This document shows, in pieces, positions 1 to 9,322 of a stretch of 32,000 nucleotides of DNA (positions are counted from its first letter, which is position 1; the number at the start of each line of letters is the position of its first letter). Below the pieces are notes generated by a model, which was given only the letters and a program-made list of their open reading frames with translations, had not been told where the DNA came from and did not search any database. This DNA comes from Promethearchaeota archaeon (GTDB lineage Archaea > Asgardarchaeota > Lokiarchaeia > Sigyniarchaeales > Promethearchaeaceae), in the NCBI GenBank assembly GCA_016933055.1, contig JAFGBS010000004.1, positions 90,001-122,000 on the forward strand, given 5' to 3'. The translations under genes were made by a program, and so were the position numbers.

Positions 1-63
1 TTCTCCAAATAACTTTACAATTCCGTCTTTTGATTCTATACCCCTCATTCTAAAATCTTTCAT
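1..63 (-). CDS. N-terminus of a gene running off the window edge (MKDFRMRGIESKDGIVKLFGE...), possibly a second V4R-like protein
   Basis: ATG at 63 with GGAG 8 nt upstream, open frame to position 1, 17 nt downstream of the V4R-like gene; only 21 codons visible so product is a guess. Confidence 0.45.
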   Translation of the reverse strand, partial: MKDFRMRGIESKDGIVKLFGE

Positions 64-80
64 ATTTTTCTACTCCATCT

Positions 81-602
81 CTAACTGATAAATTCAAATT
101 CAAAAACACATGGCTTTTGGGATTCCATCGAAATATCCGTCAATTTAGGAAACACCTCTGCGCCAGCAAATGCTAGAGATCCTAAAAAAATGCCACTATA
201 TAAATTAGAAATGAGAGTAGCATCTTGTTTGGATTGTACCTCTTGCACGATGGAATTGAATACGGAAATCTTCACACTAGTATTCTCAATATAACTCATT
301 TCAAATTTCCCATAACCCATATTCATCAAGTTCACTAACAATTCCTGAAAAAGTTGCTTTTTGGACTTTATTTTTCGGTTTTCTTGGATATTTTTACACA
401 ATGCTTTTCCTATAGTTTTTCCCGTCCAAATTAAAATATCTTCTGATCCACTCCCTATTAGATCTCCTAGTTGAACCAAATCATAAGGACGCATTATCAC
501 TAAAGCGAAATCCGTGTCTTTCAAGTAAATATGGGATTTATCAGAATCTAAAGAAATATTTTTAAGATTTTTTGAAGCCAATCGTCTAAACATTTGAACC
601 AT
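81..602 (-). CDS. V4R / TRAPP(Bet3)-like domain protein
   Basis: Pattern ILIWTGKTIGK ... LMNMGYGKF ... LYSGIFLGSL ... PCVFEFEF fits the V4R/Bet3-like fold; recognised by eye. Confidence 0.65.
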   Translation of the reverse strand: MVQMFRRLASKNLKNISLDSDKSHIYLKDTDFALVIMRPYDLVQLGDLIGSGSEDILIWTGKTIGKALCKNIQENRKIKSKKQLFQELLVNLMNMGYGKFEMSYIENTSVKISVFNSIVQEVQSKQDATLISNLYSGIFLGSLAFAGAEVFPKLTDISMESQKPCVFEFEFIS

Positions 603-718
603 CTGTGCGTTTTGTTATATGTACATTATTTCTGTTTTTTAATTTATCCTTGATCACGCAAGTTTAAAAAACACAAACCATTCATTTCTATGACTAGGAA
701 GATTAGGAATCTTCTTGA

Positions 719-1012
719 AACTCTTCTTTGAATGAGTGGAGCCGTACCTATAGCGGTAAGCAATCTGAGATATTTGGACGTTCAAATACGATCCGTTACT
801 ATCGTCGATGAGTAGTGAACTTAGAACGGCAAGTAGCCCAAAGCTCTTCTTGTAGGAGGGGGGTAATTGGGGTTGCACCAATCCGATCAGGCCCGGGAGG
901 GAGCAATCGTAAGTGCACTATTTTGTGCGACTAATGATTTGCTATGAGACCAGTACCAGTATTGGATTTGGACTGAAAAATATCGAGGATTGGGTCACTT
1001 TGTTAAGGAGTT
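719..1012 (+). ncRNA. ffs: Signal recognition particle (7S) RNA; ends approximate
   Basis: Helix 8 CGAU-CAGGCCC-GGGA-GGGAGCA-AUCG (SRP54-binding loop, GNRA tetraloop); helix 6 CCCAA..CUCUUCUU-GUAG-GAGGGGGG..UUGGG; UGCAC/GUGCA stem; helix 5 pairings UUAG/CUAA and CGAUCC/GGAUUG; terminal pairings AGUG/CACU and AACUCUU/AGGAGUU. Confidence 0.88.
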
Positions 1013-1578
1013 AGAGGGATAAAGGGAAATAAGAATTCAAGCATATTATAAAAAGCGGTTACTACTCCTCTACCCTGGTTAGCAATCGTAGGAATTAATT
1101 TGAATTTAAGAAATTTAGATAATTGAAAATGGGAGATAATTTGCTCCTCTGATACAATACTTGGTAAATCTCTTTTATTTAAACAAACAACAATTGGGAT
1201 TTGATAAAAATTTTCTCCATAATATAGAAAAAGCTCATTCCATGACCGTGTATTATCTAAGAGAAATGCATATTGAGAATCTGCAACAAAAATAATACCA
1301 TCTAAATTCGTTACTGTGGCAGGTCTTGTACTAGCATAAAAGTCTTGACCCGTGGCAGAATACAATAAGATTTTTAGTTTCCAATCATTTCCCGTGATTG
1401 TGATACTCCCAAAATCAAAAACTAAAGTTCTTCCGGTAGTAGTTTCGATGGATCGTAAATTTTGTTCTTGTCCATAATAATTCATTAGATATTTCAAGGA
1501 GGTTGTTTTACCGGACATCGCGGGTCCAAAATATACAATCTTTATTTGGATTATCTTTGTACTTGAGTATATTATCAT
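1003..1578 (-). CDS. MglA-like small GTPase (likely start ATG 1578)
   Basis: P-loop GPAMSGKTT, switch I TTGRTLVFDF, G3 SATGQ, G4 NKRD, G5-like TIANQGRGV; GGGG SD-like element upstream of ATG 1578. Confidence 0.9.
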   Translation of the reverse strand: MIIYSSTKIIQIKIVYFGPAMSGKTTSLKYLMNYYGQEQNLRSIETTTGRTLVFDFGSITITGNDWKLKILLYSATGQDFYASTRPATVTNLDGIIFVADSQYAFLLDNTRSWNELFLYYGENFYQIPIVVCLNKRDLPSIVSEEQIISHFQLSKFLKFKLIPTIANQGRGVVTAFYNMLEFLFPFIPLTP

Positions 1579-1582
1579 TTTT

Positions 1583-2512
1583 TTATCCCCACAAGCTTTC
1601 AATTAAGTCCTCTTTATATTTCATGGGTTCTGTCTCAATTTCTCCTGTAAAAATTTCGCCCCACTCCGCTTTAATAAATTGAGTCAATCGACTAAAGGAG
1701 GCATTAGAATAGGATACTGTATCTAAAATTGTCTGATCACTCAGTTCCGTCTTCACATTTAACGAATTCAAAATCGATATTTTATTTAATATAGAAAATA
1801 CTCTTCGAGCAGCATTATAAAATTCCAGAATTTGGATCTTGAAAATATTTCGTTTTAGATTCTGCTCTTCAAAGCTAAAATCTAATAGTTCCTCCCGTAA
1901 TTCTTTAGAAAAATTTTTGAGTAGAGACAATCTTTGTTCAAAAATTCGGCGCATTTTCGTAATCGAATTATCAACAAATGTAATTGCTTTAGAATATATC
2001 AATTTTTCAAATTTTAGGTTTGAATTTTTAAATTTACTACCCACCATATTAACAACAATTTCATCATTAGAATTTTCAATTAACAAGAAGTTTTGGATCT
2101 TCTTCTGTACCATCTGTATTATGAAACTTAATCTTGCATTAAATCCGTCCTTATTGACTTTGGATTCATCTGACATAATATGATAACATAGAATCCAAGA
2201 TTTGAAGGAATTAAACAAGTGTAAAGCCTTGTGAAGAGCATCATTAGGGCACACAACTATATACCGGTTGGTATCATAATTAATTTCTTCCTCTTGTAAT
2301 AGCATATCCAATTCATTATTGGAAATAAAATCAGTATAAAAGATCAATTTCGTTCGAAAACTCATAATATCCGCTAAACTGTTAGCAAAAAATTCAACAT
2401 CCTCTTTGTCCGTTCCCGCAATTAGAACGGGGAGGCGATCTAGAAGACATCTCAACACAATAGAGAATTTCTCCTCTCCAATGTCAAATACTGCGTCATC
2501 AATCGATTTCAT
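1583..2512 (-). CDS. Hypothetical protein, possible cDENN/dDENN-like fold
   Basis: 309-aa ORF tightly packed between roadblock and GTPase genes; LRCLLDRLPVLIAGTDKEDVEFFANSLADIMSF resembles the start of the cDENN domain; product is inference. Confidence 0.5.
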   Translation of the reverse strand: MKSIDDAVFDIGEEKFSIVLRCLLDRLPVLIAGTDKEDVEFFANSLADIMSFRTKLIFYTDFISNNELDMLLQEEEINYDTNRYIVVCPNDALHKALHLFNSFKSWILCYHIMSDESKVNKDGFNARLSFIIQMVQKKIQNFLLIENSNDEIVVNMVGSKFKNSNLKFEKLIYSKAITFVDNSITKMRRIFEQRLSLLKNFSKELREELLDFSFEEQNLKRNIFKIQILEFYNAARRVFSILNKISILNSLNVKTELSDQTILDTVSYSNASFSRLTQFIKAEWGEIFTGEIETEPMKYKEDLIESLWG

Positions 2513-2522
2513 ACAATTTAAC

Positions 2523-3566
2523 CTACTTCAACATGATACCGTTAATTATGTGTTTTAATTCAAAGGAATTAACGGGATTTTCAATTACTTGAGCCTCTTT
2601 TACGATTTTGTTCAATACAATTAAAAATCTAGGGAGTATAAGGCGTAACAATCCCAATTTTTGTCTTCCCTTTTTGACCGTAAGGGTAAAAATCCCATCC
2701 CCAAGTGGCACTGTAAATTGATAGTAACTCATACATTCCAATAATATAGAGGAAATTTTCATTTTTTTTAATAACCAAGCACACCGGTTTGCCGTAGAGT
2801 ACAACGCATAAGACATTGCTGCTTCATGTTCAAAATCCAACTCAGAAAAATTCCCCTCATTCAAGTAAGTAGAGACAATAAACCCTCCTGAAACGGTCAA
2901 ACTTGCTCGCGTCATATCAAGAACTGTTGAAGTGAGTTTTTGGTATGCTTGATCCATTTTAGCAAGGGTATTCTCTGAAAAACAGAAAGAGGTTGTGTTT
3001 ATCCGAAGAGTTTCTTTTGTATCTTCTTTAATACTGAAGGATTCTAGGAGATGGGCAATTTGTTTATCATCATATCGTCGTAAAGGGGGTTTGAATGATT
3101 CTCCCGTAAGTATCAATGATTTTTTTATCTCTCGTAAACTTTCCCGGGTTTGTAAGAAAACCCCTCCGAGATTGACTTTTGGTGCAGCTGTAATCGCAAT
3201 AAAAAATTCTTCATTTTTATTATCTATGTCTTGTCGAATCAAGATGCGATCAATAGGATCATCCATGGAATTTTTTAAAGGAGCGAGAAGGATTTTAGAG
3301 GATTTACCTTCGAGTAATATGTATTTTAATTCATCAGGATGAAGATGTAATCCTAAATTATAAATCGCAGAACTGGCAGAAGAAATATTGAAGATCTCGT
3401 CTCTTGATAACCATACTCCGGATGATTGGATGGGATTACCATCCCGTTGGGTTAACACTGCATTTTCTACACCGTTAACTTCTTTTATTTTTTCCAAACT
3501 TATTTTTATCTGATCCGCTGGCATGTATAATCCTTTGAATGAATCTAATAGGTTCTTCCACAGCAT
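2523..3566 (-). CDS. Tandem roadblock/LC7 (MglB-like) domain protein
   Basis: Domain 1 GVENAVLTQRDGNPIQS...ISSASSAIYNLG...YILLEGKSSKILL...NLGGVFLQTR; domain 2 TRASLTVSGGFIVS...EAAMSYALYSTA...SILLEC...KLGLLRLIL. Confidence 0.85.
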   Translation of the reverse strand: MLWKNLLDSFKGLYMPADQIKISLEKIKEVNGVENAVLTQRDGNPIQSSGVWLSRDEIFNISSASSAIYNLGLHLHPDELKYILLEGKSSKILLAPLKNSMDDPIDRILIRQDIDNKNEEFFIAITAAPKVNLGGVFLQTRESLREIKKSLILTGESFKPPLRRYDDKQIAHLLESFSIKEDTKETLRINTTSFCFSENTLAKMDQAYQKLTSTVLDMTRASLTVSGGFIVSTYLNEGNFSELDFEHEAAMSYALYSTANRCAWLLKKMKISSILLECMSYYQFTVPLGDGIFTLTVKKGRQKLGLLRLILPRFLIVLNKIVKEAQVIENPVNSFELKHIINGIMLK

Positions 3567-3645
3567 TATTTAAACTTGTAAAAAAAAGAGTCGGCGCAAG
3601 CATAAAGCTTAAATGGGAGAAATAGTGACTTAAAGCGAATCAAAT

Positions 3646-3660
3646 GAAAAAATTTATAAT
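3646..3660 (+). promoter_or_regulatory. Putative BRE + TATA box of the 16S rRNA transcript
   Basis: GAAAAAA-TTTATAAT about 180 nt upstream of the processing stem. Confidence 0.5.
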
Positions 3661-3840
3661 TAAGCTGAGACTCTAAATTATTACCTTTGAATCTATATCA
3701 GTAGATGAAAGGGTTATTACCAACAAACTCAAGACGCATATGTACGGCGTTTAGACCGGATTTAAGCATGAGCTAAATATGAAGGTACTTGTAATATATG
3801 CGCGATATCGTATGTGGTTCCCACTAGGGAACCGAGAAAT

Positions 3841-3877
3841 GCTTACTCTACATCCTTAAATGGTTGTGATCCCGTAA
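3841..3877 (+). other. 5' arm of 16S processing stem with bulge-helix-bulge motif
   Basis: GCTTACTCTA-CATC-CTTA-AAT-GGTTGTGATCCCGTAA pairs with 5475-5513. Confidence 0.9.
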
Positions 3878-3938
3878 TTTCTTTAAATTACAACAAAAAT
3901 GTGACCATTACTCAATAGAAAATGGATCTGGAAGATTA

Positions 3939-5431
<1,493 letters not shown>

Positions 5432-5474
5432 TTATTTTACTACGGAAGAGGGAACACCATCCCTCTTCCTCCTT

Positions 5475-5513
5475 TTATGGGATCACAACTTAAGAATGAT
5501 GTATAGAGTAAGC
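5475..5513 (+). other. 3' arm of 16S processing stem with bulge-helix-bulge motif
   Basis: TTATGGGATCACAACT-TAAG-AAT-GATG-TA-TAGAGTAAGC complementary to 3841-3877; preceded by hairpin GGAAGAGGG/CCCTCTTCC (5444-5469). Confidence 0.9.
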
Positions 5514-5530
5514 ACTTTTTTTCTTTTTAT
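5514..5530 (+). terminator. Oligo-T terminator of the 16S transcript
   Basis: T-rich run immediately after the processing stem. Confidence 0.6.
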
Positions 5531-5634
5531 GATCGGGATATTATCTTGATATATTGCACATAACAACACGATTGATATACATAATTTCCCACTATATCTA
5601 AAAGCACTTCCTATGTACTTATCGCTCCCTGTGG

Positions 5635-6480
5635 TTGATTCTTATGCAAACATTTGAATGGATAAATAATATTTCGGATAATCAAACCTTCAGAATAATT
5701 CCTTATATCGATATCGTAAAAGAGTCCTTTGTGAATCCCATCTGCATTTTAGGAATGCCGGGAATAGCTGATATCGGAAAATTTGCTGTTGATCAATTAA
5801 TAGGCATCTTAAATGCCTCTCGTGTGTGTGACATTATTTTTTATGACTATCCGGCAGGCGCTATTATTGATAATAGCATTTTGTCCATTCCCAAGGCAGA
5901 AGTACTAGCATACCGAGATAAACATAAAATCCGTGATGTGATTTTGGTTACTGCAGATGCACAAGCGATGACTCCTAAGGGGATATATGAGATTTCAGAT
6001 TTGATCACCATTTTATTACATCGATTAGGTGTAAAGGAAATTATTTCGTTAGGTGCGCTTCCAGGACGAAATAACGATCCCATGAATATCTATATCACCA
6101 AAACGGAGGATTTTGATATAAAGGAGTTTTCTCTTAATTCACAATGTCAAAAAATCTCCAAAGCGGTATTAATTGGAGCAAATGGTTTGATTCCCTCCCT
6201 TGCTTACTCACGATTTGCTATAGATGGTACTGTATTTCTGACAGAAACTGATAAAAAACCTAGTATTAGTGAAGGTATTACGGATTTAAAAGCTTCCATC
6301 CAATTGTTAGAATTTGTCGCTAATCATTATAAACTTCCAATAGAAGCGGTATTTTCCAACAAAAAAGTGTCCGATCTTTCTAAAGACTTAGAAGAAAAAC
6401 GTAAAAAACTCGAAAAAGAACTCGAATCATATAAACCCATGGAAGGAAAAGTGGAGCAAGATAAAACATTGTATATTTAA
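5635..6480 (+). CDS. PAC2-family proteasome assembly chaperone (likely start ATG 5644)
   Basis: ILGMPGIADIGKFAVDQLI, DVILVTADAQ, EIISLGAL, IGANGLIP motifs; acidic C-terminal coiled coil ending TLYI. Confidence 0.85.
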   Translation: MILMQTFEWINNISDNQTFRIIPYIDIVKESFVNPICILGMPGIADIGKFAVDQLIGILNASRVCDIIFYDYPAGAIIDNSILSIPKAEVLAYRDKHKIRDVILVTADAQAMTPKGIYEISDLITILLHRLGVKEIISLGALPGRNNDPMNIYITKTEDFDIKEFSLNSQCQKISKAVLIGANGLIPSLAYSRFAIDGTVFLTETDKKPSISEGITDLKASIQLLEFVANHYKLPIEAVFSNKKVSDLSKDLEEKRKKLEKELESYKPMEGKVEQDKTLYI

Positions 6481-6521
6481 TATAAAATAAGACTTAGAAA
6501 GAATCCATCGTATAAGTCCCT

Positions 6522-7727
6522 ATGGACAAAGAGATATTTGGGAATCCCTATATTCGGGAAGGCTCTAAAGGAATTATTTTGGATCACGTATCCTTAAATT
6601 CTCTCATTAAAGAACACCCTACTCCTTTTTTCATTGTGATGACTAGGAAAATACAAGATAACATTAACCGCTTACGAAAAGTAGCTAACACGGTATTTGA
6701 AAATATCCATATTTCTTATTCAGTCAAAGCAAATTACATAGATATAGTATTGAGTGAGATTGATAAACTCAATATCTCGTTCGAATTAATTTCTTTATAC
6801 GAATATGATATTTTAAAAAGAAATTCTTTGAATACGGATAATCTAATTGTAGGTGGACCCTACTTGCCGAATCCTTTAATTGAAAGAGTAATGCAAGAAA
6901 AGAATCCCACTTTTGTACTGTATAATCAAGATCAAATTCATCGAGTTAACCACCTAGCGAAAATTTATCAAATTCAACCTGATGTGCTCCTTCGATTTAT
7001 TGCCCCTAAATCCAATGGTCATTTAGGACTCCCTTATAAAAGATCCACCTTAGATCGATTGCAAAAAACGATTCAATCATGTACGGAGTTGAATTACGTA
7101 GGCATTCATTCCCACTATGGGACCCAAATTAATACTCTAGAAACTTATCGTAAAAATGTCCGGTACATTTGCGAAATTGCGCTAAAATTAGAAGAAATGC
7201 ATCTTATTGATGCGAAAATTTTTGATATAGGGGGCGGATTACCGAATGCGGGGTCATTAAAGGAAGACCAACTAATTACAATATTTAAAGCTATGAAAAA
7301 TGAGTTTAATGCATATGGATATCCTAACCCAAGAATCTATATGGAACCTGGTAGGTATATCGTTGAAGATGCTGGTTTATTTGTCATGGAAATCATCGAT
7401 GTGTCGGAAGAAGGAGGATCATTTTTTGTCAATGCTGGGAACTATATTTTACCTCGATTCGCTCGGAATTCACTGCGTTTTTATAACACGAATCAACCAT
7501 TATCCCATTATAATCATCGAACAACCATCTATGGGATTGTTCCCTCAGAAGAAGATATTCTGGTAAAAAATTACAATTTTTCTTCTAATAATAAAATTGG
7601 AGACCCTATTCTGGTATTGAATTGTGGAGCCTACGCACTTACGTTCTCTAATCGGTTTCCCTATCGATTACCCCCTATAATAACTATATGTGATTCCCAC
7701 TATGAGATGCATCAAATAAATACCTAA
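6522..7727 (+). CDS. Group IV PLP-dependent decarboxylase, diaminopimelate decarboxylase-like (divergent)
   Basis: TPFF, YSVKAN (PLP Lys), HSHYGTQI, DIGGG, EPGRY, CGAY motifs; usual GPxCExxD reads GIVPSEED. Confidence 0.8.
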   Translation: MDKEIFGNPYIREGSKGIILDHVSLNSLIKEHPTPFFIVMTRKIQDNINRLRKVANTVFENIHISYSVKANYIDIVLSEIDKLNISFELISLYEYDILKRNSLNTDNLIVGGPYLPNPLIERVMQEKNPTFVLYNQDQIHRVNHLAKIYQIQPDVLLRFIAPKSNGHLGLPYKRSTLDRLQKTIQSCTELNYVGIHSHYGTQINTLETYRKNVRYICEIALKLEEMHLIDAKIFDIGGGLPNAGSLKEDQLITIFKAMKNEFNAYGYPNPRIYMEPGRYIVEDAGLFVMEIIDVSEEGGSFFVNAGNYILPRFARNSLRFYNTNQPLSHYNHRTTIYGIVPSEEDILVKNYNFSSNNKIGDPILVLNCGAYALTFSNRFPYRLPPIITICDSHYEMHQINT

Positions 7728-7735
7728 AAAACTCA

Positions 7736-8524
7736 ATGTATATACTAGATATCTTAGTGAGAATAGAGGATGATATAACAATGGGTGAACTTGCAATACG
7801 ATGCCGAATTTGTGATGTGATTAAAGGAAGATACCTATCCCAGGAAAAAGCAATAGAATCAATATTTGGAAAATTAACCCGAGTTCGGGTAGTCGCAAAT
7901 GTGATTGATATAATTCAAGAGGATATTCAAAACAATGAAAACTTACTAAAATATTCATCAGATGCAACTAAAATTTCTTTTTTAATTGATGATGGAACAT
8001 CTCAAATATGGATTACTGTCCAAAAGTGGAGTACAGGGATTTTATCCCGAATCAAGAAAGGAGATATTATTCAATTAATTGGTAAAGTAAAATTCCACTC
8101 CCATAGTAGCAACGAAATTATTCCTATACATTTCAAGAAATTAGGGAATCCAAATCATGAACTGTATCATGAATTAGAACTTATTTTTCACTTGAAAAAA
8201 TTTGGGAAAACTAAGATCCGTCCATCCTCAACTCCTAATCAAACAACCCAAGAAACGCCCCAAATAACCTCCTCTTCTATAAAAGATACCAATTTCGATT
8301 TATCTGAATTTAATATTGACTTAGAAGAAAATTCCAATCAAGATGAGTTAAAAGAGGAAATTCTCAGAATTCTCCAACAATCTGATAAAGGTGATGGTGT
8401 GGATGTGACTTGTCTGTATGATCATCTGCCAGTAAAAGATGCAGTGGTTGATGAGCTTTTAGATAGGCTTGTGTATTCTTCATTGATCCAACGAATGGGA
8501 AATAATCGGTATAAACTGATATAA
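7736..8524 (+). CDS. Replication protein A 32-kDa-like subunit (OB fold, linker, winged helix)
   Basis: RVRVVANV...FLIDDGTSQI...GDIIQLIGKV OB fold; S/T/Q/P-rich linker; C-terminal wH (EILRILQQSDKGDGVD...LLDRLVYSSLIQRMGNNRYKL). Confidence 0.8.
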   Translation: MYILDILVRIEDDITMGELAIRCRICDVIKGRYLSQEKAIESIFGKLTRVRVVANVIDIIQEDIQNNENLLKYSSDATKISFLIDDGTSQIWITVQKWSTGILSRIKKGDIIQLIGKVKFHSHSSNEIIPIHFKKLGNPNHELYHELELIFHLKKFGKTKIRPSSTPNQTTQETPQITSSSIKDTNFDLSEFNIDLEENSNQDELKEEILRILQQSDKGDGVDVTCLYDHLPVKDAVVDELLDRLVYSSLIQRMGNNRYKLI

Positions 8525-8601
8525 AATTGTTAATTTTTTTCCACAGAACTTTAAACTTATCCCGAATTAAATTTTTGTAATAAAACAATGAGAGTCTATC
8601 T

Positions 8602-9018
8602 ATGGACGAAAAAGATTATTATAAATTATTAGATGTGGGAATAGAACAGATCCCAGAGGATGTGAAGACTACGGAACGTTGGGAAATCCCCACAGTTGAT
8701 ATTGAATATGAAGGAAAAACCACTATTATAAAGAATTGGAGAAAAATAATCGAGCAAATACACAGAGATGAAAAACATTTATTCAAACAGATTTGCAAAG
8801 AATTAGGGGCTGCGGGTGATATCCAACACTCCTCGGGTCGCGCTGTTTTAAAGAGTATCATTAAAAAATCTTCATTAAATAAACAAATCGCTAACTATTG
8901 TAAAGAATATGTGATTTGTAGTACTTGTGGGAAACCAGATACAGATATTATTAAAGATGGTAGAAATCATGTTCTTAAATGCCAAGCATGCGGAACCAGA
9001 CGAATCATCAAATTATAG
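8602..9018 (+). CDS. eif2b: Translation initiation factor 2 beta subunit (aIF2beta)
   Basis: RWEIP...EGKTTIIKNW...KELGAAG...YVICSTCGKPDT...LKCQACG zinc ribbon. Confidence 0.95.
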   Translation: MDEKDYYKLLDVGIEQIPEDVKTTERWEIPTVDIEYEGKTTIIKNWRKIIEQIHRDEKHLFKQICKELGAAGDIQHSSGRAVLKSIIKKSSLNKQIANYCKEYVICSTCGKPDTDIIKDGRNHVLKCQACGTRRIIKL

Positions 9019-9023
9019 GAACA

Positions 9024-9308
9024 ATGAGAGTGTATTATAAAAAGCACAAAAAGCAACAATATGAGGTAATTGCGGTTTGTGATGAGGATGTGTTGGGAAA
9101 ATCCATCGGAAGTCAAAAGATCAATGAGTTCTTTTACAAAGGAGAATTAATAGACATACAAACTGCTGTGCAAGTCTTGAAAACAGCTCAAAATTTTAAC
9201 ATTGCTGGGAAACATATCATCAATGCGTGTATTGAGCATAGAATAATTTCTGAATATGCCGTCATCACAATCAATAGTATTCCTATTGCAATGAAATTTC
9301 TCTTATAG
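9024..9308 (+). CDS. DUF424 family protein (start ATG 9024)
   Basis: VIAVCDEDVLGK...FFYKGE...NIAGKHII...IP motif pattern; usual neighbour of aIF2beta and NMD3. Confidence 0.85.
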   Translation: MRVYYKKHKKQQYEVIAVCDEDVLGKSIGSQKINEFFYKGELIDIQTAVQVLKTAQNFNIAGKHIINACIEHRIISEYAVITINSIPIAMKFLL

Positions 9309-9322
9309 GAAGGATAACAAAC

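Noticed and set aside
654-881. 75-aa ORF on minus strand
   Set aside because: It is antisense to the SRP RNA gene and has no protein-like features
3700-3840. C/D-box sRNA in the 16S leader
   Set aside because: Hairpins are present (e.g. GGTTCCC/GGAACC) but there is no proper RUGAUGA plus CUGA pair; treated as ordinary leader structure
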